Positions 30,324 through 40,480 of a stretch of DNA of 64,000 bases are shown piece by piece. Position 1 is the first letter of the stretch. Each line of letters begins with the position of its first letter. A program made the translations under genes and the position numbers. A model generated the notes under the pieces. The model worked only from the letters and a program-made list of their open reading frames with translations, was not told the origin of the DNA and ran no database searches. The DNA comes from Sulfurospirillum sp. (lineage in GTDB: Bacteria > Campylobacterota > Campylobacteria > Campylobacterales > Sulfurospirillaceae): assembly GCA_045047115.1 (NCBI GenBank), contig JASFYR010000014.1, positions 68,101 to 132,100 on the forward strand, read 5' to 3'.

Positions 30324-31349
30324 ATGAAATTAAATGAAGAGCAAAAAAATGAGTATAATGAACTCTCAATGCCCGAAAAAGTTGCTATTTTACTTATTCA
30401 GCTTGGAGAAGATATAACAACAAATCTTTTTTCTCATATGGAGATAGATACAGTAACAGATATATCAAAGTATATAGCAACAGTGAAAAATATAGACAAG
30501 CAAGTTGCAAATGCGGTCCTTGAGGAGTTTTATGCACTCTTGCAGTCCAATCAATATATCAGAAGTGGCGGTATGGAGTATGCCAAAGAGATACTCTATA
30601 GAACATTTGGCTCGGAAGCTGCTCAAAAGATATTGGAAAAATTATCTAAAAATATGGAAACTACGCAAAACTTTGGTTATCTTGCACAGATAAAACCACA
30701 ACAATTAGCAGATTTCATTATAAATGAGCATCCTCAGACGGTTGCTTTGATTTTGGCACATATGGAACCAACCAGTGCGGCAGAAACTCTCTCCTTTTTC
30801 CCAGATGAGCTTAGAAGTGAAGTGACTATAAGGATGGCAAATCTTGGTGAAATTTCACCATCGGTTGTAAAAAGAGTCTCTACCGTACTTGAAAACAAAC
30901 TTGAATCTTTAACATCATATAAGGTTGAAGTCGGAGGACCAAGAGCGGTTGCAGAGATACTGAACAGACTGGGACAAAAGGCCTCTAAAACAACAATTTC
31001 ATTCATAGAGCAAGCTGATGAGCAGTTGGCATCTGTTATTAAAGACATGATGTTTACTTTTGAGGATATTGTAAAGCTTGATAATACCGGAATCAGGGAG
31101 ATATTAAAAGTAGCTGACAAGAAAGATTTAATGGTTGCTTTGAAAGGTTCAGGCGAAGATTTGAAAGAAAAATTTATGGGAAGTATGTCTCAAAGAGCAC
31201 AAGAGGCATTTAATGAGGAGATGAGTTTTCTGGGGGCTGTTAGAGTAAAAGATGTTGAAGAGGCTCAAAGAAGAATTGTTGAAGAGGTTCAAAAATTAGC
31301 AGAACAGGGAGTTCTGCAAATTGGTGAAGCTGAAGAGATGATTGAGTAA
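30324..31349 (+). CDS. fliG: Flagellar motor switch protein
   Basis: EHPQT, MFTFEDI, DVEEAQ. Confidence 0.98.
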   Translation: MKLNEEQKNEYNELSMPEKVAILLIQLGEDITTNLFSHMEIDTVTDISKYIATVKNIDKQVANAVLEEFYALLQSNQYIRSGGMEYAKEILYRTFGSEAAQKILEKLSKNMETTQNFGYLAQIKPQQLADFIINEHPQTVALILAHMEPTSAAETLSFFPDELRSEVTIRMANLGEISPSVVKRVSTVLENKLESLTSYKVEVGGPRAVAEILNRLGQKASKTTISFIEQADEQLASVIKDMMFTFEDIVKLDNTGIREILKVADKKDLMVALKGSGEDLKEKFMGSMSQRAQEAFNEEMSFLGAVRVKDVEEAQRRIVEEVQKLAEQGVLQIGEAEEMIE

Positions 31350-32142
31350 AGGGGTTCAAGACATGGACAATGTTATAGAACAGGATGAATTAAATAAACA
31401 TACAATTCAAAGATACAGATTTAAAGTTTTGGGTTCTGTTAAAACAGAAGAAGAGAATGAAGATGACTTTGCTCAAGAAGTTGAAACAGACAAAAAGAGT
31501 AAGATGATCCAAAAAGATTCTATAGATAAAAATCAAAACCAATTTATAGAAGAATTGCTTAAAAAAAGTGATATACTCTCTTCAAATATTATAAAACTTC
31601 AAATGCAAATAGAAAAGCAAGAGAGTGAATTTGAAAACAGACTTAAAGAGAGTGTGGCTAGAGAAAAAGAGATATCTTTTGACGAAGGATACAGTAAAGC
31701 AAAGGAAGAGTTGGAATTAAGCTATAATGAAAGAGTATCAAACTATATAGAATCAGCAAAAAAATTAGAAGAAAAAAGTAAAAGTTTTGATAATTTTTTT
31801 AAAAAGGTAGAAAAAAATATTATAGATACATCTTTGGAAGTAGCAAGAGAAGTTATAAAAAAAGAGGTTTCAGGTGCCAGTTCACAAGTTGCTCATTCGC
31901 TTGCTAAGGAGCTGATAAAGGATCTAAAAGATGCCAGTAAAATAACTATTAAGGTAAACCCAAAAGATTTTGATGCATTAAATGATATTTTTGCACAAAA
32001 TGCAAAAATTGATGTTCAGTCAGATACTGCTGTATCTTTGGGAGGTGTTATTCTTCTTAGTGACAGTGGAAACTTAGACGGAAATATATCTGCAAGATTA
32101 GAAAAGGTTAAATATCTTCTGCAAAATGAATCTAATGATTAA
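31342..32142 (+). CDS. fliH: Flagellar assembly protein FliH (start may be ATG at 31363)
   Basis: Position after fliG; IKVNPKD, GGVILLS. Confidence 0.92.
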   Translation: MSKGVQDMDNVIEQDELNKHTIQRYRFKVLGSVKTEEENEDDFAQEVETDKKSKMIQKDSIDKNQNQFIEELLKKSDILSSNIIKLQMQIEKQESEFENRLKESVAREKEISFDEGYSKAKEELELSYNERVSNYIESAKKLEEKSKSFDNFFKKVEKNIIDTSLEVAREVIKKEVSGASSQVAHSLAKELIKDLKDASKITIKVNPKDFDALNDIFAQNAKIDVQSDTAVSLGGVILLSDSGNLDGNISARLEKVKYLLQNESND

Positions 32143-32164
32143 GTAAAGTAAAATCAGGTAAAAA

Positions 32165-34000
32165 ATGAAAATTGATGTTAAAAATAAAAATATACAAGAG
32201 TTGAAAGATTTGTGTGTCTCCTTGAGAGACAAAATCATAAAAACAGTAAGTAAAAATGGTGGACATCTCAGCAGTAATGTTGGGGCTGTGGAGCTGATAG
32301 TTGCTATGCACTATGTATTTGATGTTAAAAATGACCCCTTTATCTTTGATGTCAGTCACCAATCCTATGCGCATAAATTATTAACGGGCAGATGGGAATC
32401 GTTTGATACACTAAGACAATTTAACGGGCTTAGCGGATACACGAAACCCAGTGAATCTAAAGCGGATTATTTCATAGCGGGTCATAGTTCAACATCAATC
32501 TCTTTGGCAGTTGGTGCCGCAAAAGCTATTAAATTAAAAGGACAAAGTGACACGAGAATTCCTGTAGCTTTGATTGGGGATGGTTCTATGAGTGCAGGAA
32601 TGGTGTATGAGGCACTAAATGAACTTGGATTTAGAAAATATCCCGTAGTTATAATCCTAAATGATAATAAAATGAGTATATCAAAGCCGATAGGCGCCAT
32701 AAGTAGTTTTCTCTCTCACGCAATGGCTGGTAATTTTTATCAAAAAATGAAAAGAACGACAGAGCAAATTTTGGAATATTTGCCTGAGAGTGCTACATAT
32801 ATGGCGAAAAAATTTGAAGAAGGCTTTAAATTGATAACCCCCGGTATCTTGTTTGAAGAGTTGGGAATTGATTATATAGGGCCGGTTGATGGTCATAATT
32901 TGGAGAGTCTTATCAAAGCTTTTGAGATGGCAAAAGGGTTGAAAAAACCAGTGATTATCCATACGCAGACACTTAAGGGGAAAGGCTATGAAAAGGCAGA
33001 GGGTTATTATGAGAATTGGCATGGTGTCGGTCCCTTTGATATAGAGAGTGGAAAATCACTCAAAAAAAGTGTCAGCAAAAATGCAACTATCATGTATGGC
33101 GAGGCACTTTTGGATTTGGCAAAGAAATACGAAAATGTAGTAGGAGTTACGGCAGCAATGCCAAGCGGAACAGGAATGGACAAACTTATAGATGCTTATC
33201 CGGAACGCTTTTGGGATGTAGCTATAGCAGAGCAACATGCAGTAACTTCCATGTGTGCTATGGCAAAAGAGGGTTTTAAGCCTTTTATTACTATCTATTC
33301 TACTTTTTTGCAAAGAGCATATGATCAAGTGATTCACGATGCGTGCATTATGAATCTTAATGTTGTTTTCGCAATGGATAGAGCCGGAATTGTAGGAGAG
33401 GACGGAGAGACTCATCAAGGAGTGTTTGATGTATCTTATTTGAGTGCGATTCCAAATATGACTCTCATTGCGCCTAGAGATGAGGCAAGCATGCACCGAG
33501 CAGTAGAGTATGCATATAAACACATAGGCCCACTTGCTATAAGATATCCAAGAGGAGTATTTTTAGATTCATTTGCCAAGCAAGATGAAGCTTTTGAGTA
33601 TGGAAAAGCTCAGATATTGAGTCAAGATGATGGTGCAAGGATTTTATTATTGGGATATGGAAACGGTGTTGGAAGAGCCAAGCAAACAGCAAAGGAGCTT
33701 GAAAAAGACGGCATCAACTCTTGTGTTGTCGATTTGAGGTTTGCAAAGCCAATGGACGAAAAACTTTTAGTAGATCTGGCAAAAAAATATACAAAATGGT
33801 TTGTTTTTAGTGACAGTGCAAGATATGGAGGAGTAGCTTCTTTACTTGGGCTTTTAAAAGAGAAAAATGCTCTACATGTAGAGATAGAGAGTTTTGAGTA
33901 TGAAGATAAATTTATCCAACACGGAAATACAAAACTGGTAGAAGAGAGATTGGGTATATCGCCTATACAGTTATCAAAGAAGATAAAAGAGACTCTATAG
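32165..34000 (+). CDS. dxs: 1-deoxy-D-xylulose-5-phosphate synthase
   Basis: GGHLSSNVG, DVSHQSYAHK, GDGSM, DRAGIVGEDGETHQG. Confidence 0.98.
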   Translation: MKIDVKNKNIQELKDLCVSLRDKIIKTVSKNGGHLSSNVGAVELIVAMHYVFDVKNDPFIFDVSHQSYAHKLLTGRWESFDTLRQFNGLSGYTKPSESKADYFIAGHSSTSISLAVGAAKAIKLKGQSDTRIPVALIGDGSMSAGMVYEALNELGFRKYPVVIILNDNKMSISKPIGAISSFLSHAMAGNFYQKMKRTTEQILEYLPESATYMAKKFEEGFKLITPGILFEELGIDYIGPVDGHNLESLIKAFEMAKGLKKPVIIHTQTLKGKGYEKAEGYYENWHGVGPFDIESGKSLKKSVSKNATIMYGEALLDLAKKYENVVGVTAAMPSGTGMDKLIDAYPERFWDVAIAEQHAVTSMCAMAKEGFKPFITIYSTFLQRAYDQVIHDACIMNLNVVFAMDRAGIVGEDGETHQGVFDVSYLSAIPNMTLIAPRDEASMHRAVEYAYKHIGPLAIRYPRGVFLDSFAKQDEAFEYGKAQILSQDDGARILLLGYGNGVGRAKQTAKELEKDGINSCVVDLRFAKPMDEKLLVDLAKKYTKWFVFSDSARYGGVASLLGLLKEKNALHVEIESFEYEDKFIQHGNTKLVEERLGISPIQLSKKIKETL

Positions 34001-34010
34001 AGTCTCTTTT
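33985..34010. terminator. Perfect 26-bp palindrome at the convergent dxs/ahpC ends
   Basis: aaaagagactctatagagtctctttt, which includes the dxs stop codon. Confidence 0.75.
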
Positions 34011-34016
34011 TCAGCC

Positions 34017-34613
34017 TTATAGTTCTTCTGCGTGTTTTGCCAAGTAATCAGCAACACCATCAGTTGATGCTTTCATACCCTCATCGCCTTTATTCCACCC
34101 TGCGGGACAAACTTCACCATACTCATTTGTGAAAAGCATCGCATCTACCATTCTAAGCATCTCATCAACATTTCTTCCAAGTGGAAGGTCATTGATAACA
34201 GCATGTCTGATTGTACCATCGATTCCTATGAGAAATGAACCACGAAGTGCAACACTCTCATTTAGAAGTACATCAAAATCTCTGGCGATTTGTTTACTCA
34301 AGTCTGATACAAGTGGAAATTTGATTCTGCCTATTCCACCATCTTCTACAGGAGTTTCTCTCCATGCAAAATGTGAAAATTGGCTATCAACTGAGACACC
34401 AATTACATTTATACCTCTACTTTTAAATTCTTCAATTCTGTGTGAAAATGCGATAATTTCACTTGGGCATACAAATGTAAAATCAAGTGGATAAAAGAAA
34501 ACCACCGTTCCCATCTCTCCAAAATTTTCATATAGATTAAAATCCTCTACTATCTGTCCATCTTCTAAAACCGCAGTTGCAGTAAAATCCGGTGCTTTAT
34601 TTGTAACTAACAT
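34017..34613 (-). CDS. ahpC: 2-Cys peroxiredoxin AhpC
   Basis: FYPLDFTFVCPSE, GEVCPAGW. Confidence 0.97.
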   Translation of the reverse strand: MLVTNKAPDFTATAVLEDGQIVEDFNLYENFGEMGTVVFFYPLDFTFVCPSEIIAFSHRIEEFKSRGINVIGVSVDSQFSHFAWRETPVEDGGIGRIKFPLVSDLSKQIARDFDVLLNESVALRGSFLIGIDGTIRHAVINDLPLGRNVDEMLRMVDAMLFTNEYGEVCPAGWNKGDEGMKASTDGVADYLAKHAEEL

Positions 34614-34681
34614 TTTTTCTCCTTGTTAATAATTTTTCTTAAAAACAAAATTATAGCATTTTAAAATTATATTAAGTTTAA

Positions 34682-36667
34682 TCAAGTTCTAAACTCATTC
34701 AATTTATTTTTTAATGCTTCTGTCATCTCGTTTAGATGCTCAGCTGCACTGGCTATCTCTTCCGTACTTCTCGCATTTTTAGTAGAGATGCTATCTATCT
34801 TTGATACTTGTTCTACTACAATATCAACATCTCTTTGAGTTTCGCTATATCCTTTCTCTGTAGCATCTGAGGTTTTGGTTGCCGCATTATCTATGATGAC
34901 TGCCATCTCATCTATTTTTTCTTCCACTTCGACTGCTTTGTGAGAAAGAACTTCTACTTGCTGTGAGTTTGCATTCATCTCTTCGCTGCTTTGTACAATA
35001 GATTGGACTATTACATTTATAGTAGCATTTATTTCTACAAGTGATTTTTGCGTTCTCTCAGCCAGTTTTCTCACTTCGTCTGCTACGACTGCAAACCCTC
35101 TGCCGTGCTCTCCTGCACGAGCCGCCTCTATGGCTGCATTTAGCGCCAAAAGATTTGTTTGGTCTGCTATGTCGCTTATGACTGTAAGTACACCTTTTAC
35201 CTGTTCTGCATCAGAACTTAGTTGCTGTATTTTCCCGGCTAGTTCTATCTCTGTTGATGCGCTTGTTTGTATATCTTCTGCTAGCTGAAGTATTGCCTGG
35301 TTTGCCTCTTTCATCTGGGTATCTACTTTTTCGAGCTCAATTCTAGCCTCTTTGGCTTCTTGTACAGAGACTACAAGTTTATCTTTTATCTCTTTTGTTT
35401 TTGTATTTGCTTCATGTGTTGCTTTAGTAGATGACTCTACTAATTTACCGACTTCTAGGGCGGTAGAAGAGAGTTCATTTGCGATAGATGAGTTTTCGCT
35501 TGATATATGTTTGGCTTCTTGGGTTATGAGCCTCACTTTTTCTATGAAGCTGTTTATCTCTTTACTTGCCTGGGCTATCTCATCTTCTCCATGGATTTCT
35601 AGTTTCTTGGTTAGATCACCATCTCCGCTGGCTAAATCAGCCGCTTTTTGGGTAAGGTTGTTTAATGGTTTTGTTATGAGCCTGTTTAACATAAAAAATA
35701 TTACTAAAATGATTATAATTGTTACAGCTAAAGTTGCTAGTAAAAGTAGATTGGACACTCTGTTTCCTACGGCTTTAAAATCTTTCATATTTGCTTTTCC
35801 CACAACAACCCAATTCCATTTTTTAAAATAAAAAAAGTCATAAAGTAAATGCTCTGAGCCGTTTTCCTTTGAGATAGTTCCCCTTTTTTTCTTTTCTATA
35901 AGTTTATCAATAGCACTCATAACAGTTTTATTTTCTAGTCTCGGGTGGATTATATATTTATTTTGTTTGGTATTTATAACATAGTAATATCCGGTTTTTC
36001 CTATCTTGATTTTTGATATATCTTTTTTTAAAGCCCGGAGTCCTTCACTAAAATTATATCCTATATATAAGATACCGATTATATTTTTGTTATCATCAAG
36101 CAGAGGTTTATATACTGTTATGTAGTCTTTTCCAAAAAGATGAGCTGTTCCCACATACTCTTTTTTGGCCATTATGGGTTTAAAAGCCGGAGATTTTTTT
36201 GTCAAGTATGTTCCCATTGCTCTTGTGCCATCCTCTTTTCTTAGAGATGTGCTAATTCTGACGAAATCATTTTTGTTTTTATCGTATGCAAAAACTGTGG
36301 CTGTAGCGCCGGTTACTTTTGTAAAATGATCGACAGATTTGAAGTATTTGTTTAAAACTTCGCCACCGTCAGCCATCATCGGAGTTTTTACCCCGTTTAC
36401 ATTGACATATTCATCTTCTATGAGTGCTACTTGCTTGAAAGAGCCTTCAAATACATTATATAGTTTGAGTGCATTTTTTTCCAATGCTTTGCTATATACA
36501 TCAACAGTAATGTTTAGACTGTGAAGTCCTGATTTGATGTTCGCTTTTGCTTCTTTGACAAAATAGTTATGCAAGTATCTATTCAAATACATCGTCAGTA
36601 GCCCCATAAGCAACAATATAGCCACAGTCTGTATAAATAAAACTTTTTTTGTTATGGTTTTAAACAC
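34682..36667 (-). CDS. Methyl-accepting chemotaxis protein with Cache sensor and HAMP domain
   Basis: TM-Cache(ATATVF...RISTSL...GTRAMGT)-[41 protein letters not shown]. Confidence 0.96.
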   Translation of the reverse strand: MFKTITKKVLFIQTVAILLLMGLLTMYLNRYLHNYFVKEAKANIKSGLHSLNITVDVYSKALEKNALKLYNVFEGSFKQVALIEDEYVNVNGVKTPMMADGGEVLNKYFKSVDHFTKVTGATATVFAYDKNKNDFVRISTSLRKEDGTRAMGTYLTKKSPAFKPIMAKKEYVGTAHLFGKDYITVYKPLLDDNKNIIGILYIGYNFSEGLRALKKDISKIKIGKTGYYYVINTKQNKYIIHPRLENKTVMSAIDKLIEKKKRGTISKENGSEHLLYDFFYFKKWNWVVVGKANMKDFKAVGNRVSNLLLLATLAVTIIIILVIFFMLNRLITKPLNNLTQKAADLASGDGDLTKKLEIHGEDEIAQASKEINSFIEKVRLITQEAKHISSENSSIANELSSTALEVGKLVESSTKATHEANTKTKEIKDKLVVSVQEAKEARIELEKVDTQMKEANQAILQLAEDIQTSASTEIELAGKIQQLSSDAEQVKGVLTVISDIADQTNLLALNAAIEAARAGEHGRGFAVVADEVRKLAERTQKSLVEINATINVIVQSIVQSSEEMNANSQQVEVLSHKAVEVEEKIDEMAVIIDNAATKTSDATEKGYSETQRDVDIVVEQVSKIDSISTKNARSTEEIASAAEHLNEMTEALKNKLNEFRT

Positions 36668-36849
36668 ATTAAGTCCTTGGTTGGATTTTATAGAAGAATA
36701 ATGATAGAACTAAAGAGCTTAAACAGGGGTTAAAAGAATAACCCCCTAATTTATATTTTTCTGTATAATTATGAATTAACAGTAACTTTTATTTCTATTT
36801 TAATTTTCTTGTGATATAGTTTCGTATAAATCAAATTTAAGGAGTTGAA

Positions 36850-37134
36850 ATGGCTGTAAAAATTACAGATATTTGTATAGCTTGCGGCGCTTGTATAGAT
36901 GAGTGTCCGGTAGAAGCAATTGTTGATGATGATGATAATCCAACAGGAGAAGATATATATTATGTATATGCTGACAAATGTGTAGAGTGTGTCGGTTATC
37001 ATGACGAGCCTGCTTGTGCTGCTGCATGCCCGACTGAGGGTTGTATAGTTTGGAGTGATCTTGTTGATGGTCAACCAAGTCGTGATGAGATAGGAGCGGA
37101 TCTTAGAAAAGGCGATACTCCTTGCGTAGAATAG
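36850..37134 (+). CDS. fdxA: 2[4Fe-4S] ferredoxin
   Basis: CIACGACIDECP and CVEC...CAAACP; upstream of ndk as in Campylobacter. Confidence 0.9.
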   Translation: MAVKITDICIACGACIDECPVEAIVDDDDNPTGEDIYYVYADKCVECVGYHDEPACAAACPTEGCIVWSDLVDGQPSRDEIGADLRKGDTPCVE

Positions 37135-37142
37135 CATAAAAT

Positions 37143-37167
37143 TTGAGATGATGTTTCATCATCTCAA
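37143..37167 (+). terminator. Hairpin after ferredoxin
   Basis: ttgagatgatg-ttt-catcatctcaa 11-bp stem. Confidence 0.6.
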
Positions 37168-37272
37168 CCCTCTTCTTTATCTAAATTGAAAATTTAACTA
37201 CAATTAAAACTTTTTTTGGTATAATCCGCCCTTGACCTCTATAAAAGAGATTAAAAATTTTAGGAGAAGATA

Positions 37273-37686
37273 TTGGAAAGAACATTATCGATAATAAAAC
37301 CAGATGCAGTAGCAAAGAATGTTATAGGAAAAATAGTTGATAGATTTGAGTCAAACGGACTTAGAATTGCTGGTATGAAAAAAATACAATTAAGCAAAAG
37401 CGATGCCGGTAAATTTTATGAAGTACATGCAGGGAGACCATTTTTTGGTGAGTTGGTAGAGTTTATGACAAGTGGACCTGTTGTAGTTATGGTGCTTGAA
37501 GGTGAAAATGCAGTAGCTAAAAACAGAGAACTTATGGGTGCTACAAATCCAAAAGAAGCCGATGCCGGTACTATAAGAGCTGATTTTGCTGATAGTATAG
37601 ATGCAAATGCAGTTCATGGAAGTGATAGCTTGGAAAACGCAAAAATAGAGATAGATTTCTTTTTTGCAGGAAGAGAAGTACTATAA
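37273..37686 (+). CDS. ndk: Nucleoside diphosphate kinase
   Basis: [21 protein letters not shown]. Confidence 0.98.
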   Translation: MERTLSIIKPDAVAKNVIGKIVDRFESNGLRIAGMKKIQLSKSDAGKFYEVHAGRPFFGELVEFMTSGPVVVMVLEGENAVAKNRELMGATNPKEADAGTIRADFADSIDANAVHGSDSLENAKIEIDFFFAGREVL

Positions 37687-37699
37687 AAAACGGTATAGT

Positions 37700-38068
37700 A
37701 TGAAAATAGAGTTCAAAAAAATTCCACTAAGCGGAATTGATTTTGAAGTAAAACAGGAAAATATCAAATTTTACGGAAACGCAAAGAAAATTGATAAAAA
37801 TCTAGTAAAATCTATCGGTACAATGACTGGTTCTTTTGAGCATATCTGTGATAGATGTGGCGATGATTTTGAAAAAATTGTCAACCAAAATTTTGAGATA
37901 TATGCAAGTAATGGCATACACAAAGAAGATGAGTATGATAATTTGATAGAATTTTTTGATGCTTATGTAAATTTTGATACAATGTTGCAGAGTGAGTTAG
38001 AGTCACTCAAATGTGAATATCTACACTGTAAAAAATGCAGTGCAAATAATAATATTTTAGGAGAATAA
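37700..38068 (+). CDS. YceD/DUF177-like protein
   Basis: CDRC and CKKC motifs, directly upstream of rpmF; ATG at 37700. Confidence 0.8.
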   Translation: MKIEFKKIPLSGIDFEVKQENIKFYGNAKKIDKNLVKSIGTMTGSFEHICDRCGDDFEKIVNQNFEIYASNGIHKEDEYDNLIEFFDAYVNFDTMLQSELESLKCEYLHCKKCSANNNILGE

Positions 38069-38070
38069 TT

Positions 38071-38223
38071 ATGGCAGTTCCAAAGAGAAGAGTAAGTAAA
38101 ACAAGAGCGGCAAAAAGAAGAACTCACTACAAAGTGACTCTGGCTATGCCGGTAAAAGACAGTGATGGCACATGGAAAATGCCACATAGAATTAACAAAA
38201 CAACAGGCGAATATAAAAACTAA
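38071..38223 (+). CDS. rpmF: 50S ribosomal protein L32 (not in ORF track, 50 aa)
   Basis: Manual translation [58 protein letters not shown]. Confidence 0.96.
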   Translation: MAVPKRRVSKTRAAKRRTHYKVTLAMPVKDSDGTWKMPHRINKTTGEYKN

Positions 38224-39219
38224 ATGTTAAATATTGCCATTGATGTAATGGGTGGAGATTTAGGTCCGAGACCTGTTATTGAAGGCACTATAAAAGCTTT
38301 CAGAGAACAGAAATTCCACCCTATACTAGTTGGAAGAGTTAAAGAGATCAAAGAGTTGGTCCCTCCACAGTTTTTAGATAAAATAACATTTGTTCAAGCT
38401 GATGAAATACTAAGCATGAGTGATAGTGCTACAGATGCCCTCAAAAAGAAAGAGACCTCTATATACAAAGCAGTTGAGTTAGTAAGGGAGGGAAAAGCCG
38501 ATGCTATAGTTTCTCCGGGACACAGCGGAGCTACTATGAGTCTGGCAACACTTCGAATAGGAAGACTCAAAGGTGTACTTAGACCGGCAATCGCTACTAT
38601 TATGCCAACCTCCACAAATAGACCTAGTTTTGTTTTGGATATTGGTGCAAATGTGGATTGCAAAAGCGAACATTTGGTCCAGTTTGCGATTATGGGTGAA
38701 GCTTATGTAAAAGATGTTTTAAAGACAGAAGATCCTCGTGTCGGACTTCTATCCAATGGCGAAGAAAAGAGCAAAGGCAATGATATAACCAAAGAAGTCT
38801 ATAAGGTATTGAGCAAAAATGACAGCTTTATAGGCTATGTAGAGGGAAATAATATCTTCGATGGCTCTACTGATGTGATTGTTTGCGATGGTTTTGTGGG
38901 CAATATACTTCTAAAGACAAGCGAAGGTGTTGCAGAGTCTATCACAAAAATTATCAAAAAAAATATAAGAAGATCTCCGATGGCTATAGCCGGCTCGCTT
39001 CTAATGAGAAGAGTTTTTAAAGTTTTGAAAAAGCAGGTTGATTATGCTGAGTATGGGGGAGCGCCTTTGATCGGCATAAAGGGATGTGCTATAGTGGCAC
39101 ATGGAAAAAGTAACGCAAAAGCTATTAAAAATGCTATTTTTCAAGCAATTAGCTTTTCTGATTCTGATATTAACGAAGATATAGAAGAAAATATAGCTAA
39201 GCTACAACAAGATATATAA
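38224..39219 (+). CDS. plsX: Phosphate acyltransferase
   Basis: [32 protein letters not shown]. Confidence 0.97.
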   Translation: MLNIAIDVMGGDLGPRPVIEGTIKAFREQKFHPILVGRVKEIKELVPPQFLDKITFVQADEILSMSDSATDALKKKETSIYKAVELVREGKADAIVSPGHSGATMSLATLRIGRLKGVLRPAIATIMPTSTNRPSFVLDIGANVDCKSEHLVQFAIMGEAYVKDVLKTEDPRVGLLSNGEEKSKGNDITKEVYKVLSKNDSFIGYVEGNNIFDGSTDVIVCDGFVGNILLKTSEGVAESITKIIKKNIRRSPMAIAGSLLMRRVFKVLKKQVDYAEYGGAPLIGIKGCAIVAHGKSNAKAIKNAIFQAISFSDSDINEDIEENIAKLQQDI

Positions 39220-39229
39220 AAGGATATAA

Positions 39230-40222
39230 ATGTACGCATCTTTAAAATCCATTGGTTCTTATGTGCCAGAAAAAATTATGAGCAATGAAGATTTTGAGAA
39301 AATCGTTGAGACGAGTGATGAGTGGATAGTACAGCGTACAGGTATAAAAGAGAGAAGAATAGCGGCTTCCAATCAGACTACAAGCGATATGGGTGCATTA
39401 GCGGCTAAAAAAGCGATACAAAGAGCGGGGATAGACAAAGACGATGTGGATTTGGTGATCTGCGCAACACTCTCTCCGGATCATTTATGCATGCCATCAA
39501 CTGCATGCCTGATAAGCGATAAAGTTGGCATAAGAAACGTTATGGCATTTGATGTAAGCGCTGCATGTAGCGGTTTTGTCTATATGCTTTCGATCGCAAA
39601 AGCCTTTATAGAATCAGGTGCGAAGAAAAACATACTCTTGGTTGGAGCTGAAAAGATAAGCTCTATAGTTGATTATACAGACAGAGGAACCTGTATACTT
39701 TTTGGTGATGGCGCGGGCGCAGCTATAATCAGCGCAACAGAAGATAAAAATGAAGCCATAATTGATGTGCATGCTTCAGCAGATGGAAAATACTCAGATT
39801 TGCTTATAACTCCGGGTTGCGGATCTACATATCCTTGCTCAACTGATACCATGGACAAAAAACTCCAATACATAAAAATGGCTGGAAATGAAGTCTTTAA
39901 AGTTGCAGTTAGAACTCTAACAAAAGATGTAGTAGATATACTCAAAACAAATGATATAGCATCAGAAGATATAGATCTTTTTATTCCACATCAGGCAAAC
40001 CTCAGAATCATAGAGGCTGTAAGAAACAAACTGAACTTTTCAAAAGAAAAAACTGTCTTTACAGTAGGAAAATACGGCAATACTTCAGCAGCATCAATCC
40101 CTATGGCAATAAATGACGCCTATGAAGAGGGAAGGTTGAAAAAAGGTGATTTGATGTTGCTCGACACATTTGGTGGCGGATTTACCTGGGCTAGCGCCCT
40201 AGTTAGATTTGGTGGCAAATAA
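39230..40222 (+). CDS. fabH: Beta-ketoacyl-ACP synthase III
   Basis: [26 protein letters not shown]. Confidence 0.98.
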   Translation: MYASLKSIGSYVPEKIMSNEDFEKIVETSDEWIVQRTGIKERRIAASNQTTSDMGALAAKKAIQRAGIDKDDVDLVICATLSPDHLCMPSTACLISDKVGIRNVMAFDVSAACSGFVYMLSIAKAFIESGAKKNILLVGAEKISSIVDYTDRGTCILFGDGAGAAIISATEDKNEAIIDVHASADGKYSDLLITPGCGSTYPCSTDTMDKKLQYIKMAGNEVFKVAVRTLTKDVVDILKTNDIASEDIDLFIPHQANLRIIEAVRNKLNFSKEKTVFTVGKYGNTSAASIPMAINDAYEEGRLKKGDLMLLDTFGGGFTWASALVRFGGK

Positions 40223-40480
40223 CTCAATATATTTATAAAGTAAAATAATGAGAAGATACTTACTGCTTCGTTAGTTAACTTCCAATGTGGCTTTCAAGGC
40301 TTTTTAACACAGTCAAGTGTGCTGTTTCTAATCACGGGATATGATGAAGTTTACTGTTGGATGGTAATACTATGAGAGTGGTTTAGTGCGTAAGTTCAAT
40401 TTAACATAAATTTGGGTAAAATGTACATCTACTTAATTTTCAGGACTCTTTTAAAAGCCCTTTCGTTTTTAGGAAAAAAT

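Noticed and set aside
38071..38223. L32 without zinc-ribbon cysteines as a zinc-starvation paralogue
   Set aside because: It sits in the canonical yceD-rpmF-plsX locus, and Cys-free L32 is normal for this lineage
40335..40400. Fluoride (crcB) riboswitch upstream of the hyf-like operon (gatgaagtt resembles the core, and such operons can be riboswitch-linked)
   Set aside because: No GGnGA/TCnCC P1 stem and no downstream CTrATGrC..CTrC pseudoknot partner
40412..40480. N-terminal extension of hyfB1 in the ORF track
   Set aside because: It overlaps the likely -10 box; AGGA plus TTG at 40481 is the better start
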